In this document: positions 13,135 through 26,200 of the stretch, one piece after another
Numbering within the stretch: position 1 is the stretch's first letter
How the letters are laid out: each line of letters begins with the position of its first letter
From: Octopus vulgaris
Lineage: Eukaryota
Direction of reading: 5' to 3'
DNA length: 64,000 nt
NCBI GenBank assembly: GCA_951406725.2
Contig: OX597823.1
Span: 17,484,001-17,548,000, forward strand
Program-made: the position numbers and the translations under genes
The notes under the pieces: model-generated
What the model was told of the DNA's origin: nothing
What the model saw: only the letters and a program-made list of their open reading frames with translations
Databases searched by the model: none

Positions 13135-13565
13135 GGCGGCAAGCTGGCAGAAACGTTAGCACGCCGGGCGAAATGCTTAGAGGTATTTCGTCTACCGTTA
13201 CGTTCTGAGTTCATATGCCGCCGAGGCCGACTTTGCCTTTCATCTTTTCGGGATCGATAAATTAAGTACCAGTTACGCACTGGGGTCGATATAATCGACT
13301 TAATCCGTGTGTCTGTCTTCGTTTGTTTCCTCTGTGTTTAGCCTCTTGTGGGTAGTAAATAAATAAGAATCGTTAGCACGCCGGGCGAAATGCTTAGCGG
13401 TATTTCGTCTGTCTTTCCGTTCTGAGTTCAAATTCCGCCGAGGTCGACTTTGCCTTTCATCCTTTCGGAGGTCGATAAATTAAATACCAGTTGCGTACTC
13501 GGGTCGTTCTAATCGACTGGCTCCCTCTCCCAAAATTTCAGGCCTTGTGCCTAGAGCAGAAAAGA
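13135..13565 (+). mobile_element. Two adjacent SINE-A copies with different 3' tails
   Basis: 13135-13365 ends in ttgtgggtagtaaa; 13368-13565 ends in ggccttgtgcctagagcagaaaaga. Confidence 0.88.
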
Positions 13566-13879
13566 TTGTCACCTTTCTACAACTATCTCCCTGCCCAATG
13601 TTATTCTGGTGAAGTCGTGAAGAGAATCATTAAATTCCTAAATCTAGCCAGTCTCAAAGGAGATCTACAAAGGCCATGCCTATCAGCCCCTTTCTCCAGG
13701 CTTTCTTTTATCTGTTACTATTTTTACTTATTAGACAACAGTCATACTGGAGCACCCCCTTCAAAGGTTTTAATCAAACAGATCAATTCCAGTACTTGTG
13801 TATTGTTTTTAGGTCTGACACTTTTTCCATTAGTCTCTTTTGCCTAACGACTAAATCACGGGGATGTAAAATAAAAAAC

Positions 13880-14078
13880 AGGAAAAATAATCCAGAATCC
13901 TTGTCCGGTACCGGAACGATCCCAAAATCGAATCACTTCGTGCCAGTCACGAGGCCAAACATCCCTGAAAGTTTCATCTGAATCCATCCAGCGATTCTTA
14001 AGATATCTTGTTCACGGTCAAACAAAAAAAAGCACAACTGAAAACAATACCTCCGCCTTCGCTAAGGTGGAGGTAAAA
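13880..14078 (+). mobile_element. Helentron-associated (HINE/DINE-like) non-autonomous element, 3' part
   Basis: aagtttcatc..aatcc..gatatc motif, then a terminal 12-bp hairpin TACCTCCGCCTT-cgct-AAGGTGGAGGTA (14048-14075). Confidence 0.6.
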
Positions 14079-14113
14079 ATCGCCGTCACTACCACCACAA
14101 CCATCACTACCAC

Positions 14114-14151
<38 letters not shown>

Positions 14152-14796
14152 GAAGTGGTTTCTATGTGGTTGCTCGATCTACTAGAAACAACAGTCACTT
14201 ACCCCTCAAATTACACCCGAACAGGTTTAAAAGGAAAGATACATTGGGTGACGTAGTCCTACATGTAACAACTGAGCCGGAATGGATGGTCAAAGTCGGA
14301 ATCCCTTTGCTCACAGGTTTTTCTCAATCAGGATTGACTTGACCTGGGGCTAAACTATAACACTACAATCATATCTACATCACTATGTCCTGGACTGTCC
14401 CCTGCCCACCACGACACGCCTCCATTTTTCCATCGCCACCACCGCCATCACTACACTACCGCCGCCACGACCATCACGACGACGACGACGACGACGACGA
14501 CCACCACCACCACCACCACCACCACCACCACCACCAACACAACCACCGCCGCCACCACCACCACCACCACCAATTCTGCTACGGTTTCCTGCGGAGCCTC
14601 AATGTGGTCGTTCGTTCTTTTAGAAGTAACAGCCAAAGCACCTTAGGTTACAGCCCTCATTTTAGAAAAAGAACACGCTGAGTAATTATAATCTATCCCT
14701 AGGTTCACTACACATATGAAAAAGACGAAAATGTCACGTCTGGAATGTCTTCAATCATAGGTCTGCAGGATCGGTTTCGGCGAGGTACTAAACAGC

Positions 14797-14828
<32 letters not shown>

Positions 14829-15006
14829 CAAAATTGCAACCACAACAGCAGCAGTCACTGCCATCGCCGTCGGAATTTCGTCTCAAATTTCATTGGTTGA
14901 TGCCCCTTCCTCGGTTCCCTGCGGTGTAAAATGTGATGCAAAAAATATTGGGTCGGCGAAGGAGAAAATATATTTTACCACGAAATACATTAATACTCGA
15001 AATAGC

Positions 15007-15065
<59 letters not shown>

Positions 15066-15703
15066 GTTTTTCTTTATCACTTTCCCTTTTGCTCTCCCCT
15101 TGTCCCTTCCGTAGACACACATTGTCTGCCTCACTTTCTCTTTCTCTTTCTCTCTGCCTTTGCACGCTGTGTCTTTCAATCACACACACACTCTCTCTCT
15201 CTCACACATACACACACCTTCGCACTCTTTTCGATCTTTCTCTTGCCTCTCTCTACTCTACACTGTCGTCTGCTAATGAAATTTCAACATTTACTTACAT
15301 ACCAGTGAAATTGACTCAGATTTAATTAAGTTTTCCAATATATCATTTTCCTCAATAGTAATTAAAACTCCTCTGTAATATCAAATACAGCTTAGTATAC
15401 AACAAACACACAACACCAAATAGTTATATAGAATTCGGTCAAATATGGTTACGCCCACAGAATGTCATGGCTAACTAAGCCGGTGGTTTGTGAGGGATCG
15501 AATTATTGATTGGGAGAGCCATGCTGAGCGAAGGTATAGCTATGTAGTTAAGAAATTCGCTGCTCAGGCATATGCTTCTGGGTTCAGTTATACTATATGA
15601 CACCTTGGGCAAGTGTCTTCTGCCACAGAGCTTCGGATTAACCGTAAAAAGTATGATTTGAGTGGAATTTGGTTGACAGAAAGTGCATAGAAGCCGCTGT
15701 GTA

Positions 15704-16214
15704 CCGTAAATCCTCGAGTATAATCCGCATTTCCCCCCCAAAATTTAAAGGTCAAAATCCCTAGTGCGTACTATATACGAGGTTAAAAATGAAGAATATT
15801 TTCCAGCAATGTCCGAATCTCTATTTGCTGTCCGGCAATTTTTATTCAGAAGCAATTTTGTGATGTCGGGCGCGAAAATACCTTAAGCTAAGCCTGAAAG
15901 CAATGAAGTCATAAAAGAATCATCAATAACTTGCAGTAAGCAACATTTTTTAAACGTTATTACTGTTATTTCTTTATTTTCTGCAAACAAAATGCACAAA
16001 AAAGCTATACATTTGCATTATGTTATATATACAATAATATTAAAGGACGTTACCATATACATTTTTACAAACCAAGGACGTTATATAGACCTCCTTGACT
16101 CAAGTTAGAGAAGGGGTGCGTATTATACACATGGTTTAGGTTTTTCAGTGGCACAACCCTCTAAAATCACCTGCGTATTACACTCAAGGGCGGACTATAC
16201 TCAAGGATTTACGG
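15704..16214. mobile_element. MITE with CCGTA TIRs (Tc1/mariner/pogo superfamily), TA target duplication
   Basis: ta|CCGTAAATCCTCGAGTATAATCCGC ... GCGGACTATACTCAAGGATTTACGG|ta; sits at the microsatellite position of a degenerate SINE-B head (15530-15700). Confidence 0.88.
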
Positions 16215-16244
16215 TATGTATACAGACATACTTACATGTACATA

Positions 16245-16461
16245 CAAGAAGGTGCTGAAAAGTTCCTGGCTTTGGATAAAAGAAAATACGGGAGTATCAG
16301 TTAATTATGATTTTATTCAGCATATTCCCCTCTCAGATTCACACACTTATTGCAGCAATCCTTCAGGTTTTCTAAGCCTTGTAAAAGAACTTGGAAGGTT
16401 GGGCCTCCAACCAAGCCTTTTACGATACCCCTAAAACCAGGATCTGTTCAGCACCCCCTTG
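16245..16461. mobile_element. Small mariner-like MITE
   Basis: Imperfect TIRs CAAGAAGGTGCTGAAAAGTTCCTGGCTTT and AAAACCAGGATCTGTTCAGCACCCCCTTG. Confidence 0.65.
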
Positions 16462-16577
16462 GGTATATATGTATATATATATATATATTTACTATAACCT
16501 CACATATATGTATGCATTGTTAGCTAGTATTTATGTATTATGTATGTATGTATGTATGTATGTATGTAGGTAACCCA

Positions 16578-17169
16578 TCTTATACATAAATGGCAATTTC
16601 TGTCTGTCTATCCAACTGTCGGTCTGTTACCATCTTGCTGCCTACACCAGTGAACCAATCTTGACGAAACTTTGCATACATGTTAAATTAACATCCAGTT
16701 GAATTATAGGGGAGGACAAAGTTGTGTAAACGACAAATATGGAATGGCAGTGGGTTGGTAACGTTAAAACAGTTGTCATTCAGGGATATACAAGCGACGC
16801 TGCACACATACTTTTGTAAATACACAGATACGCACACACACACACACACAATGCAGACACACAGACATGCACATACACACACATACGCATAAGTAACTTT
16901 TAAAACGCCGAGGAAGGGAAAGAAAAGTGGGTGTCACAAATACGTAGCTTTAAGGAGAAAGGGGGTAAGTTGACAACAATTGTTCACAGGTGGCTTTTCT
17001 GCTGTCCATCGCAGAGAAACACTCATACAAATACACACACACATACATACATATATACATACATACATACGTACATACATATGTCTACTATACTCTATTT
17101 TAAACTCGTGATTACTAGTGTGTACGTTTGTAAATGTGTGTGTGTGCGTGTGTGTGTGTGTGTGTGTGC

Positions 17170-17206
<37 letters not shown>

Positions 17207-17792
17207 TGTGTGTGTCACGTGCTATAACTGTTTGTCTCCGCTTTTCTAGGGTCTTCCCTGTTGCTGTCACATATTGTGAAATTTTGAAATTACATAAAAT
17301 TTTCAAATTTGGTATATTGAAATAATTTTTCCCAGGTAAATCCGATTTTGTTATTTATTTGTTCCTGAAAAATTGCAGAAAAATGTTACTGAGGTTTAAA
17401 GTTTAATCAATTTTACTTAATGAAAAAAAACAGGATTTGGAAGCTGCGTTTTTTGCATGAGATCTGTCTATCACAAAATGAAAGCAAAATCATTACGAGG
17501 AGAATCTTTTATTAAACAAACGAAAGCATAGCATTACGACGACTAAAGCTGTAAGAACTTCTGAAGTTTTAATAATTTTAAATGAATAAAGTCATGTGAA
17601 ACGGTCGAACAGACTGTGAATAATTTAAAAAAGAAAAAAATCCCCAAAGTTTCTTGCGAAAAATTGCACAAATTTGTCCTGATCAAGAAGCCTATCTGTC
17701 GGGGAAGGCATGGTCTAACATGGAATAAACACAAATTTATATCAGACATTCTATTGTAAAACTTGCCCGGCAACGACGGGCTATTCAGCTAG
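16578..17792 (+). mobile_element. Non-autonomous Helitron
   Basis: 5' A|TC start with a TCTG repeat; 3' hairpin GCCCG-gcaacga-CGGGC followed by CTAG|T; no TSD. Confidence 0.72.
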
Positions 17793-18149
17793 TAAGAACA
17801 TAAAACCGAAGCTAATTTCGTGCTATCTTATATTATAAGATAATATAAGAACATTCATATGTTCTTATATTATCTTATGCAGTACATGTGCCTCTTTTTA
17901 AATATGTACGTGGATTACAGCGCCCTATGTTGCAATTTTATGGAAATTTGTAAAGAAGGCGAGGACCTGTATAACGAAATTATATTGGACATGGGTGCAT
18001 GCAACATCGCTGATGATACATGCACTAATCGGGCGATCAGCGTCTTACTACTGATACAACGTCCTATTCCTATCCTAATCACGACAAGTGATGTTTTGAA
18101 AAATATGTTTAAGGTCTAGATATTGTACCTGGTTTAAAATATTTTCGAA

Positions 18150-18980
18150 GGAATATCATGAATTTAAACACTAAGCGCCCTCCTTAGTGCCCTCTCGACA
18201 TTTTGCTGACCCTTGGGAGCCTACAAACCGGCCTTCTTTCAAGGAGCGATGGCTGAAACGAAGGGGTAGCGTACTTCCGTGAAAATCTGTTTTCTGCTGG
18301 GGAAAACGGCAGCCGAAACAATTGTCATGCTTCAAACAGCTTACAAAGGCCGCTGCCATGAGTAAAAAAAAATTACGAGTGCTTTTCAAGCTTTAGGAAC
18401 GGTCACGTGTCGCTTGAAGACCAATCACGTTCAGGGCGATCGTCGACCTCCCGAACGAATGAAAACATCATGAAAATTCACGAACCGATTTTGGAGGACC
18501 GTCGCCGAACAACCGACGAATTTGTTGATATGGCTTTTGTGTCCTGGAATTCCTGCCAACGAATTTTGAGAGGAATTGTGAATGAAAAGACTTGCAGCAA
18601 AATTTGAGCCTCGCTTGCTCACGGAAGATCAAAAGCAGTCACGACTGAATGTGTGTCATGAACTGAAAAAACACAAGAAAGAAAAAAAAACAGTTGATAG
18701 TTGATCCGGACCTTTTTTCGGAGGTCATCACTGGTGAGAAAAGCTGATGCTACGGAATTTGCAGATGAAGAAGGATATGGAAGAGGTTTAAGAAAAAAAC
18801 GATGGAGACGTTAAACGGCATCACTTTACAAAGTTTCCAGCACTGCTTCGAACAGTGGAAAACGCGTCTGGACCGATGCATTGCTTCAAGTGGAGAATGC
18901 TTTGAAGGCCATAAAAATGTAAACATGTAAATCTAAGTGAATAAAATCACTTTGCAAAATTCCGGTTTATTTCGTATAAT
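18150..18980 (+). pseudogene. Internally deleted mariner transposase remnant (family M2)
   Basis: CFLLGKTAAET..SLEDQSRSGR..EDRRRT..AAKF.PRLL..ITG.., then a jump to CFEQWK..DRCI..GE.FEG; frameshifts and stops. Confidence 0.85.
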
Positions 18981-19630
18981 GCCTGGAAAAAGAATGAGCA
19001 TTGCTGGAACGTTTTGCTCGTTCGATCATGTTAACTCATGTACCAACAAAAAAGACAACAATTTACCTCCTTTCTACACCCAAGCAAACTCAGTCCGCCT
19101 GTCTCTTTTCCTTCCGTCACCCTTATTGCAGTGTATTGACTCCGTGACCTCACTTGAAACACTTCGCTCAGCCATTTTTATCCCAAACTACAACTTTCTA
19201 AGATACCATACCTCGCCAATACATCTATAAATACAGAACTACAGATGTTCAACTGAATCAATACCACTTATTTATCGATCCTCCTATATGATGATAAGTA
19301 AGTCGACCTCTGTATGATCTGAACCAAAAAAGAAAAAAAGTAATCTATAAAGACATTACTATTTATCACACAGCATTCTGTCCACCGTCTTCTCGATTAA
19401 ACCATTTCACCGCCATGTTGTAGAAACCTTCTGGAAGTTATATATATCTTCTAACTTTATTGTTAATTTGCCTACGTATTGACAGAAGCAATTCTAACAT
19501 TCCATCTTTTTTCCAAATTACATTTACATCCAATCATTATTTCTGGGTTGATTTTTTTAGCATGATGTGTGTTTGCACACGTGTGTGTGCGTGTGAGTGC
19601 GTGCGTGAGTGTGTGTGTGTTAGTGTGTTT

Positions 19631-19678
<48 letters not shown>

Positions 19679-20018
19679 CAAGTGTATGTTTGTACGGTAT
19701 ATGAGGACGTTGGTGGTAGTAAACAAAGCGCCACACATGCACAAAAACACCCACACAAAAAAAAATTAATAAAAGACAACAGCAAAAGAAAAACAAAAAA
19801 AGACAAAGACTAAAACAACTGTTCTAAGAGACTACATCATCAATTAATTTCCATTGCATTGTATTTTTCACTCTCAGATAATTTAATCCGGATTCGAAAT
19901 TCCTTCGCCTTCACACACACGTCTATCCCATGCAATATCAAACTTGATCTGACATGTATGCCAAGAGAATATCGGATGGGAGACTAAGGAAATGACTATT
20001 TTCGTTCGATGCCAGAAT

Positions 20019-20065
<47 letters not shown>

Positions 20066-20067
<2 letters not shown>

Positions 20068-20463
20068 ACTCTTTTCTCTCTTTTTACTCTTTTACTTGTT
20101 TCAGTCATTTGACTGCGGCCATGCTGGAGCACCGCCTTTAATCGAGCAAATCGATCCCAGGACTTATTCTTTGTAAGCCTAGTACTTATTCTATCGGTCT
20201 CTCTTGCCGAACCGCTAAGTTACGGGGACGTAAACACACCAGCATCGGTTGTCAAACGATGTTGGGGGGGACAAAGACACATATATATATACATATATAC
20301 GACGGGCTTCTTTCAGTTTCCGTCTACCAAATCCACTCACAAGGTTTTGGTCGGCCCGAGGCTATAGTAGAAGACACTTGCCCATGGTGCTACACAGTGG
20401 GAATGAACCCGGAACCATGTGGTTGGTAGGCAAGTTACTTACCACACATCCACTCCTGCGCCT
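20066..20463 (-). mobile_element. SINE family B, full length
   Basis: Reverse complement of 12034-12445. Confidence 0.9.
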
Positions 20464-21423
20464 ATATATATATATATAAAATATTATTAGAGACAAAACC
20501 ACTATTTTGCAAAACAAACAAGGAAAGTCTTAATCAATACATAAAATTTTATATAAAATAAAAAAGAACAATCATCAAAAAATAGGTAAAACATGTAACT
20601 TGCTTTTTTTCATTATTTTATTTTCTGTTTGTAACTTTTCATTGAAACTGAAGGCTGAAGCCATGAACAGCGGCGTGTTAGACTGTGAGGGATTACCAAG
20701 TAGTTATGAGTAAAACAGGCAGCAGACGACAGGTCAGCTACTAACAGACGAGACGTCTGCTGCTGTAATCTGTCGAAGGTACTGCTTTGTGCTGTGTACA
20801 TGACCAACATAGGTAAGTATTAGATAGGTCTCGTCCATTAAACTGTAAGCAAACAGCGAATAGTAGTTAAAGGTCGATACCTCGTTACCTTGTAGTACTG
20901 ATATAAAAATCACTTGTCTGGTATATCCACTGGACGCTCCCGTTTTCAACATTTCTGCTTTCTCTCAATCTCAGACCTTGCTGTCTGCATTAACTATTCC
21001 CTCCGCCAACTAATTCTTCTTACCAGAATTACAATCACACCACTAAAGGTTCTTTGAATCGTGTAGTGATGCTACAGAATCCTTTCTATTGCAAACATTT
21101 AGATAAGATCGCGTGTAAATTAAACTTTAAGCTCCTTGGGTGCTTTTAGCAGAGCTTACCTAAACTTTACAAACGTACACAGCAGAAATCCTTTAGCATT
21201 CAAATTTGTCTTCGCTTTTAGTAGAATTTAGTGTGTTGTATTCATTCGCGCCAAACCGGAACTCACGCACCTAGCTCTCATATGCCCCATGTTTTACCTG
21301 CAGAGATTGATCTTCAGGTCTTCAGTTTAGACATTGGCTGCATCAGTATGGTATGCTTTCAGACATACATACATACATACATACATACATACATACATAC
21401 ATACATACATACATACATACATG

Positions 21424-22360
21424 CATGATGGCTGTCCAGTCATTACCGAGAAAGACTATCACTAACATTGTGCACTCAAGTAGCAATGCCAATGGAAAAT
21501 ATTTAGCAATTCCTGTGCAAAATTTTAGGTCTAATTAGGCAGGTGCTATACACCCAGAGTGGCACGATCCTGAGATAAACCAAGCAAGATATCTTGTGCC
21601 AATATAGGTAGCAGGATGAGGAATACGAGAGCGCTGTCATTTCAAGCTCAAGCAAAAGCTCGCAAAATGTCCGATGCCATTCCCTGCATATCCGGTTTTA
21701 TATCTGGGTTACTTTCTCCTAAAGACATGCTTTAACAAAAGCTGAGGGGTGTCTCACCTCCAATGGCCTTCCAGCGCCTTGACACCACTTCGGAATTTCT
21801 GAGTATGTATGTATGTATGTATGTATGTATGTATGTATGTATGTATGTATGCATGTATGTATATATGCATGTATGTATGTATGTGTGTGTATGTATGTAT
21901 GTATGTATGTATGTGTGTGTGTATGTATGCATGTATGTATGTATGTATGTATGTATGTATGCATGCATGTATGTATGTATGTATGTATGTATGTATGTAT
22001 GTATGTATGTATGTATGCATGCATGTATGTATGTATGTATGTATGTATGTATGTATGTATGTATGTATGTATGTATGTATGTATGTCTCTTCTATTTTTT
22101 AATTATTATAAATCTTCCGCTGAGGAGGGAGCCAAATCCAACAAAGATACAAGGCTCCATCTTTGAAGATATCTAGTGCCAATATAGGTCGCAGGAAGAG
22201 GAATGTAAGAGCGTCATCATTTCAAGCGCACGCAAAAGTCCCCAAAATGTCCGATGCCATCCCTTGCATATCCGGTTTTATATCAGGGTTACTTTCTCCT
22301 AAAGACATGCTTTAACAAAAGCTGAGGGGTGTCTCACTTCCAATTGGCCTTCCAGCACCG
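21424..22360 (-). mobile_element. Two copies of non-coding element Y flanking a (TATG)n array
   Basis: 21597-21780 closely matches 22176-22359; minus strand contains TAGGAGAAAGTAACCC..TATAAAACC, reminiscent of RTE 5' regions. Confidence 0.6.
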
Positions 22361-22810
22361 TATGTATGTACATATGCACAGATACATGCTTAGCAGCATG
22401 TGTCATGGTTTCACTGATTGTTTTAAGGGCCTATGGAGAGTCGGAAACAGAAATTGATACTTTCTCTCCTTCCACCAGTAACGCACATTCCTCTCTGAAT
22501 CTAATCGAAAAGAAGATTGAAGGGAAAGAAGAACTGCACCATATCAATGAATTGATATTTCTTCGACTCGAAAAGAACAGACCCAACGTTTGCTCTGCGT
22601 TTCGTAAAAGACGACCAAGAGAAGCTGAGGTAGGATTTGCACTCTCCGACCCGACCTCGCAAAACCCACACCAGTAACGCCCCTCCAAACAGATCCATGG
22701 GTTGGAGGGGTGTCACCTGAGTGGTGCAAAGGTTCTCATCCGCTAGGAGTTGAGTACCACCAGCGAATGGCGGGTACAACGACGGACTGTTACATTACAT
22801 GCATACCCCC

Positions 22811-22811
<1 letters not shown>

Positions 22812-22847
<36 letters not shown>

Positions 22848-22887
22848 CACCACCACCACCACCACCACCACCACCAGCACCACCACC

Positions 22888-22944
<57 letters not shown>
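22812..22944. repeat. Compound (TAC)n-(CAC)n-(TAC)n microsatellite
   Basis: Direct. Confidence 0.95.
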
Positions 22945-22945
<1 letters not shown>

Positions 22946-22982
22946 AAACATGCCAGAGATTTTCAAGTATCATTGCTGAGAA

Positions 22983-23224
22983 CTCTCTTTTACTTGTTTC
23001 AGTCATTTGACTGTGGCCATGCTGGAGCACCACCTTTAGTCGGGCAAATCGACCCCAGGACTTATTCTTTGGAAGTCTAGTACTTATTCTATCGGTCTCT
23101 TTTGCCGACCCACTAAGTTACGGGGATGTAAATGCACTACCATCGGTTGTCAAGCGATGTTTGGGGGACAAACACAGACACACAAACATATACACACACA
23201 TACATACATACATACATACATACA

Positions 23225-23258
<34 letters not shown>

Positions 23259-23449
23259 CATATATATATATATACACATATACACGACGGGCTTCTTTCA
23301 GTTTCCGTCTACCAAATCCATTCACAAGACTTCGGTCGGCCTGAGGCTATAGCAGAAGACACTTGCCCAAGGTGCCACGCAGTGGAAATGAACCTGAAGC
23401 CATGTGGTTGGTAAGCAAGCTACTTACCACACAGCCACTCCTGCGCCTA
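22983..23449 (-). mobile_element. SINE family B with internal (TACA)n
   Basis: Homology to other B copies. Confidence 0.9.
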
Positions 23450-23689
23450 TGTTAATCTATGTTAATCTATGTTTCACACAACAACCTTTAGTCTCCTTAA
23501 AGTAGACAATATGTCTATACTATGATGAAGTTTCTTCTTATGTAAATACTTTGTATGATTATTCTGTCATTCGTTTGTCTACCTTCGAAAGAAACGTTAC
23601 TCACTTATTTCGTACCACTTTTTAAAAGAAAATTCTTTTGTTATTTAATCATTTTATGTATTGTATGGTTGTTATGGTCTGTACAACTA

Positions 23690-24254
23690 TTGGGCAGTCC
23701 GGAAAGTTCGTGCCGATTTTTAAAGGAAAGAAAAAGGTCAATAAATACTTGCCATTACATTTTAATCAACCAAATATGAACCATTTTGTTGCACAATGCG
23801 TCTCCATCTTTCCTTTAACTTGAAAATACCCTCTTCCCAGAATTGAGGTGGTTTCATGGCAAAGAATTCATCAAGGTAACTTTTTAGGTCATCCAAGGAA
23901 TTGAAATTTTTACCGTTAAGACTATTCTGCACAGAACTGAATAAGTGGAAATCCGAAGGAGCAATATCTGGTGAATATGGAGGGTGGGGTAACACATCCC
24001 AGCCGAGATGCAGCAATTTTTGTCTGGTTCCCAAAGCATCAAGTGCCGAAAATGAACTTTCTTATCTTCCATTTTAAAGGGTTACAGAATTAACACAGGT
24101 TATAGGAACATAAACCTTCTTCAACGAAAAGATAGCTTAAACTGTACTCAGAATGGAGGTGTAGTCAAATCCTATTTAATGAACCTCAGCCATATCTAAA
24201 ATAAGTCGAATGGTAAGCTACTATAAATCGGCACGAACTTTCCGGACAACCCAA
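23690..24254 (-). mobile_element. Complete non-autonomous mariner deletion derivative (family M1)
   Basis: ta|TTGGGCAGTCCGGAAAGTTCGTGCCGATTT ... AAATCGGCACGAACTTTCCGGACAACCCAA|ta; N-terminal MEDKKVHFRHLML fused to LGWDVLPHPPYSPDIAPSDFHLF. Confidence 0.93.
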
Positions 24255-24414
24255 TACATCATACATTATGCTAATACGAATATATTTCCTGTGTGTATAT
24301 ACGGGAGTGTGATGGACTGTATGTAAATCTAAAACTGGTTGTATGTCGCTTTTTATAGAGTTAACATCAAGAACAAATAATTAGGTGTGTGTGTGTGTGT
24401 GCATTTTGTGTGTG

Positions 24415-24445
<31 letters not shown>

Positions 24446-24727
24446 ATTAAGAGGTGAAGGTACTTATAGTTCACGTGCACTTGTAAGTGCTTAATGCAGG
24501 GATGTGTATGGAGTTTGTTGTCGAAATGTAAATTCATACATCCCACACAGACATACGTACACGTACACACACACACACGCGCACACACACATATACACAT
24601 ATATGTACATTCAAATATATATGCGTGTGAGTGTATGTATTTGCAAATTCACGATTCTATTATGCTTAATTAGAATTTAAGAAGCAAAACACAGACACAC
24701 AGACACACACACAGACACACAGACACA

Positions 24728-24775
<48 letters not shown>

Positions 24776-25055
24776 GTGCCTCTTAAATGAATTAGATAAG
24801 AATCACAAAATTTGCAAGTAGATATGGTGACGACTTGATGTTGAAAAGCTCGAACATTCGTATTCCACCCTCACCACCTTCGCTGTATTCTATCTCCTTA
24901 ATCAAGTGAATGAACTCAGAAAAAGTGGATTTCACCCGGCTGTGAGTGAGTGATCACAAGCAGGGAGAGTTCACATGCGAAAGCTGAGGAAGTACGAACT
25001 GTTGAATCTGGGACTGAACTTCAAAATATGATGGCGTGAAAATAAAGAGAAGAGA

Positions 25056-25105
<50 letters not shown>

Positions 25106-25209
25106 AAGAGGGAGATGGGGTAGAAAGTAGATAAAAAGAAAGAGGAAAAGATATGTAGGTATATATATATATATATGATGTAATATAAATAATAGGCGTA
25201 TGTATGTGC

Positions 25210-25420
25210 GTGTTTGTGTGTCTGTGTTTGTCCCCCCAACATCGCTTGACAACCGATGCTGGTGTGTTTACGTCCCCGTAACTTAGCGGTTTGACAATGA
25301 AAAGGGACCGATAAAATAAGTACTAGGCTTACAAAGAATAAGTCCTGGGGTCGATTTGATCGACTAAAGGCGGTGCTCCAGCATGGCCACAGTCACATGA
25401 CTGAAACAAGTAAAAGAGTA
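25210..25420 (+). mobile_element. SINE-B 3' half
   Basis: Post-microsatellite body and tail only. Confidence 0.85.
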
Positions 25421-25510
25421 ATACATATGTAATATAAATAATATATAAATACAAGCATATATACATACATATGTGTACATACATACATATATATGTATAT
25501 ATACATGCAT

Positions 25511-25945
25511 ATATGGGTACAGGACATCAAAAAGACGTTGAACACAAGTAGAAACGAAAACATAAAAACAAAAACATAGAAACGAACTTTTTTTCGAAGA
25601 ACAAAAGAAAAAAAAACAGAGAACGAGAAATACAACATAAAGAATACTCCCCTTCTTCAGTTGTCTCTGTTTCATCTACTCCGCGTTTCGAAGGTAAGGA
25701 CAAGACGCGACTTCGTTGAAACAGTCCTTCACGCAAAGCAAATTAAATAAAATTTGGGATTTTATGGGGAGGGGTAAAAGCGGTAACCAGAACAGGACAG
25801 TGACAACAAAACAGTGAAAACAATAAAAAAGTAAACACAGTAAAAGACAGGACAATGAGAACAAAACAGTAAAAAAAAACGATGAGGGCTACTGTTTTGT
25901 TATCACTGTCCTGTTCTTGCTACCAATTTCACCCTCCGCAAAAAA
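25511..25945. mobile_element. Dispersed element E (copy 1) ending in an inverted repeat with arms of about 55 bp
   Basis: Homologous, in opposite orientation, to 45866-46262; both copies keep the terminal foldback. Confidence 0.75.
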
Positions 25946-25959
25946 TATATAAACTGAGA

Positions 25960-26200
25960 TAAAACTTCTTCACTACCTCCACACTCAAAAGATTTAGCGC
26001 CTTCACACTATCATCTCATCTCTTCGGCGCCACGAAAGAGGGTTTGAGAGGCAAGTATTATTCCAGTGACGAGAAAGTGAAAACTAGTGAAGAAGTGACT
26101 CAAAGAACAGTCAACAGAATTTTACAGGGCAGGGATACATGCTCTCATTGGAAGGCGGAACATTGCTATTGAGAGAAACAGTGACTATGTTCAGAAGAAG
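25960..26200 (+). pseudogene. Mariner transposase C-terminal remnant
   Basis: PPHSKDLAPSHYHL..GLRGK.Y.SDEKVK..FYRAGIHAL..DYVQK, a degenerate YSPDLAPSD region. Confidence 0.75.

Noticed and set aside
17990-18045. CTGATGA within overlapping hairpins
   Set aside because: No correctly placed GAAA or stem III, so not a hammerhead.
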